Below are positions 62,327-64,000 of a stretch of DNA of 64,000 bases, piece after piece (positions within the stretch are counted from its first letter, which is position 1; each line of letters opens with the position of its first letter). The DNA lies in IMG/VR virus record IMGVR_UViG_3300050151_000071, positions 11,923 through 75,922 of that record. One strand, 5' to 3'. This DNA is from a virus (Duplodnaviria > Caudoviricetes). Both the position numbers and the translations under genes were made by a program. The notes below the pieces were generated by a model. The model had not been told where the DNA came from and ran no database searches. It saw only the letters and a program-made list of their open reading frames with translations.

Positions 62327-62735
62327 CCTAATAACATCTACAGACGCTAAAGTTCGTCAAAAGTTCACCTACAAAAACGACGAAGTAGATCGTTGGAGAT
62401 CTTTCTCCGAAGAAGTCAACAAAGGATCTAGGTGGGAAGGGGATTGTGACGACTTAGCAATGACTACCATCGATCTACTATCTAAAGCAGGAGCTGATCC
62501 AAAACACTTAGGTAGAGGATTAGTATCATCTGAAGGTGGCAAAAGAATTGACCACATGATAGCATTTGCTAAAGATGATAAAGGCCAATTGTGGGTTGTT
62601 GGAGATACGTTTGGTTCTGCTTATCACGTCGACGCAATGCAACATAAATGCATCTATGCCAACGTGATAAGTGAGGGTATTACAAAGTGGTATGAAATTA
62701 ACTCAATAGCCGAACTTAAAGCTCTGTTTAATTAA
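62247..62735 (+). CDS. Transglutaminase-like cysteine protease (BTLCP/LapG-like) catalytic part
   Basis: Y..D...D.W, GDCDD, DHM, GD triad-like motifs. Confidence 0.7.
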   Translation: MENNRFSLFVKAHAKRIRHMSGAMQSSLITSTDAKVRQKFTYKNDEVDRWRSFSEEVNKGSRWEGDCDDLAMTTIDLLSKAGADPKHLGRGLVSSEGGKRIDHMIAFAKDDKGQLWVVGDTFGSAYHVDAMQHKCIYANVISEGITKWYEINSIAELKALFN

Positions 62736-63961
62736 GCGCCTATAGCCGTTTTGAACGTTGTCAATCTTGTGTGCAAATTTGCTATCTCAGGATCCGTTAA
62801 ATCGCCAGCGGTCATATAGTGTGCAAAGAAACCTGCAGGTGCATACGTTGGTCCAGTACCCGATTGACCAAGCAAAGTTTCAACAGTGTTCATACTACTC
62901 GAGGTTGACGTTAACAACGCAGGGTTCTTTTTAACTCCATTGTTGTAATAGTTAATAGCATTTGCACCGTATCGTTGACCGTAGTGGTGTGCAATCAATG
63001 GTGAAGTGCTACCATCAACAGAACTTAGAGCTGTTGTAGCAGCTGTATGAATACCCATTGTGACGCCACCTGAACCTGCTTTAGAGAAAGTCAGACGGTG
63101 TGCTGATGATCCTGCGATACCAGCTAATGAATTTGTTGTTGTACCTGAGCGCACAATAAGGCCGAAGCCTGCTGCGTTAAGACTCACGCCAGATAAAGTA
63201 TTTTCAACGACTCCAGTTCGAATTGACTGACTCGTACCATCAAGCGTCCAACCACGATCAACTGTATATGGCGGTGCACCATTTAGTTGAACAATCTGCG
63301 TAGCTGTTTTCCATTCGAGTTTAGCTGCCTGTTCATCGTGCATTGAGAAGATTTGTAATGCTTTCAACTTAGTCCACAATCCATCTGTTTTAAGACCAGC
63401 AATTAAAGTATCAATTGCTGTGGCTCTGGTGCCATTAGGTTGTGATGACATTGCTGCCAACAGAGCTGTTGTTTCACTCTGATATGATGGAGCCGCAGCA
63501 ACAGCTACTGTTGCTGCGCTTGTTGAATAAGTTGTTCCAGCTTTACTAGTAGCTGAATCTCGAGCGGTGATTAATTTACCTTGTTCACTCGCAGTTAGTA
63601 AATAAGTAGAATTTGTAGCACCTAAGATTGCTACACCGTTAGCAAACCACCGGATAGCTGTACTAATTGGTATATAATCCCAAGTCGCAGCGGAACGCGT
63701 CAGAGTTTGACCAACTTGAGCTGTACCAGATATAGTCGGTACAGCTGTGGCTCGTGGAGCCTTTATTACGGATAGACAACGTGCTCCATGAGGCTCAATA
63801 CCAACCTTAGTGGTGTGTAAACCGTCATTAGGAATATCATCAATGTCAACCCAGAATCGCTTACCTGAATTATCTTCAAATGCAACCTGTGCGGTCCGGA
63901 CAGGTTCCTTATAAGGAATATTACCAATAGAAGGGGCAATACGACTAACGATTGTAATCAT
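62732..63961 (-). CDS. Putative virion/tail-associated protein with Ig-like and beta-sandwich domains
   Basis: PTISGTAQVGQTL...W..NGVAI.GAT..TY.L; Thr/Ala/Gly-rich. Confidence 0.65.
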   Translation of the reverse strand: MITIVSRIAPSIGNIPYKEPVRTAQVAFEDNSGKRFWVDIDDIPNDGLHTTKVGIEPHGARCLSVIKAPRATAVPTISGTAQVGQTLTRSAATWDYIPISTAIRWFANGVAILGATNSTYLLTASEQGKLITARDSATSKAGTTYSTSAATVAVAAAPSYQSETTALLAAMSSQPNGTRATAIDTLIAGLKTDGLWTKLKALQIFSMHDEQAAKLEWKTATQIVQLNGAPPYTVDRGWTLDGTSQSIRTGVVENTLSGVSLNAAGFGLIVRSGTTTNSLAGIAGSSAHRLTFSKAGSGGVTMGIHTAATTALSSVDGSTSPLIAHHYGQRYGANAINYYNNGVKKNPALLTSTSSSMNTVETLLGQSGTGPTYAPAGFFAHYMTAGDLTDPEIANLHTRLTTFKTAIGA

Positions 63962-64000
63962 GTTTGCATCACCCCATTGGGCACGGGCCGCTGCGTCAAC

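Noticed and set aside
1-64000. Alternative genetic code (TAG or TGA reassignment)
   Set aside because: Core genes are full length in code 11, TAG ends several genes (ART, gene 41, HNH), and no true suppressor tRNA was found

Overview
A 64-kb segment of a large T4-like lytic dsDNA phage, with almost all genes on the minus strand. The right half carries the T4-superfamily replication and nucleotide-metabolism core (rnh, nrdA/B/C, frd, td, primase 61, helicase 41, uvsX, polymerase 43, regA, clamp loader 62/44, phoH) and a GH19 endolysin. The left half is accessory: an RlmN-like radical SAM enzyme, a Dda/RecD-like helicase, an overlapping NadE + 2OG-Fe(II) oxygenase + HxGH adenylyltransferase + PRTase-like + HD operon, an AAA+ ATPase, a CCA-adding enzyme, an Acb1-type 2H phosphoesterase, GapR and RNA ligase 1. 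A tRNA-His with A73 and no G-1, together with a GapR homologue, suggests an alphaproteobacterial host (inference). The region is unusually rich in tRNA-shaped RNAs. Besides canonical tRNAs there is a tRNA-Leu(UAA) split by a group I intron, a D-armless tRNA, two tRNAs with greatly expanded D-loops and a duplicated ~105-nt tRNA-mimic. Most striking is an array of four Y-RNA-like elements (two are circularly permuted tRNAs) sharing a stem+CAGCA motif, in their own promoter/terminator unit next to a DUF2828/vWA (Ro60-like) protein gene. A 975-aa His-rich protein has four tandem ADP-ribosyltransferase-like domains separated by prohead-protease-type L-X-E sites. All calls were made by eye from motifs and manual folding; no database searches were run.
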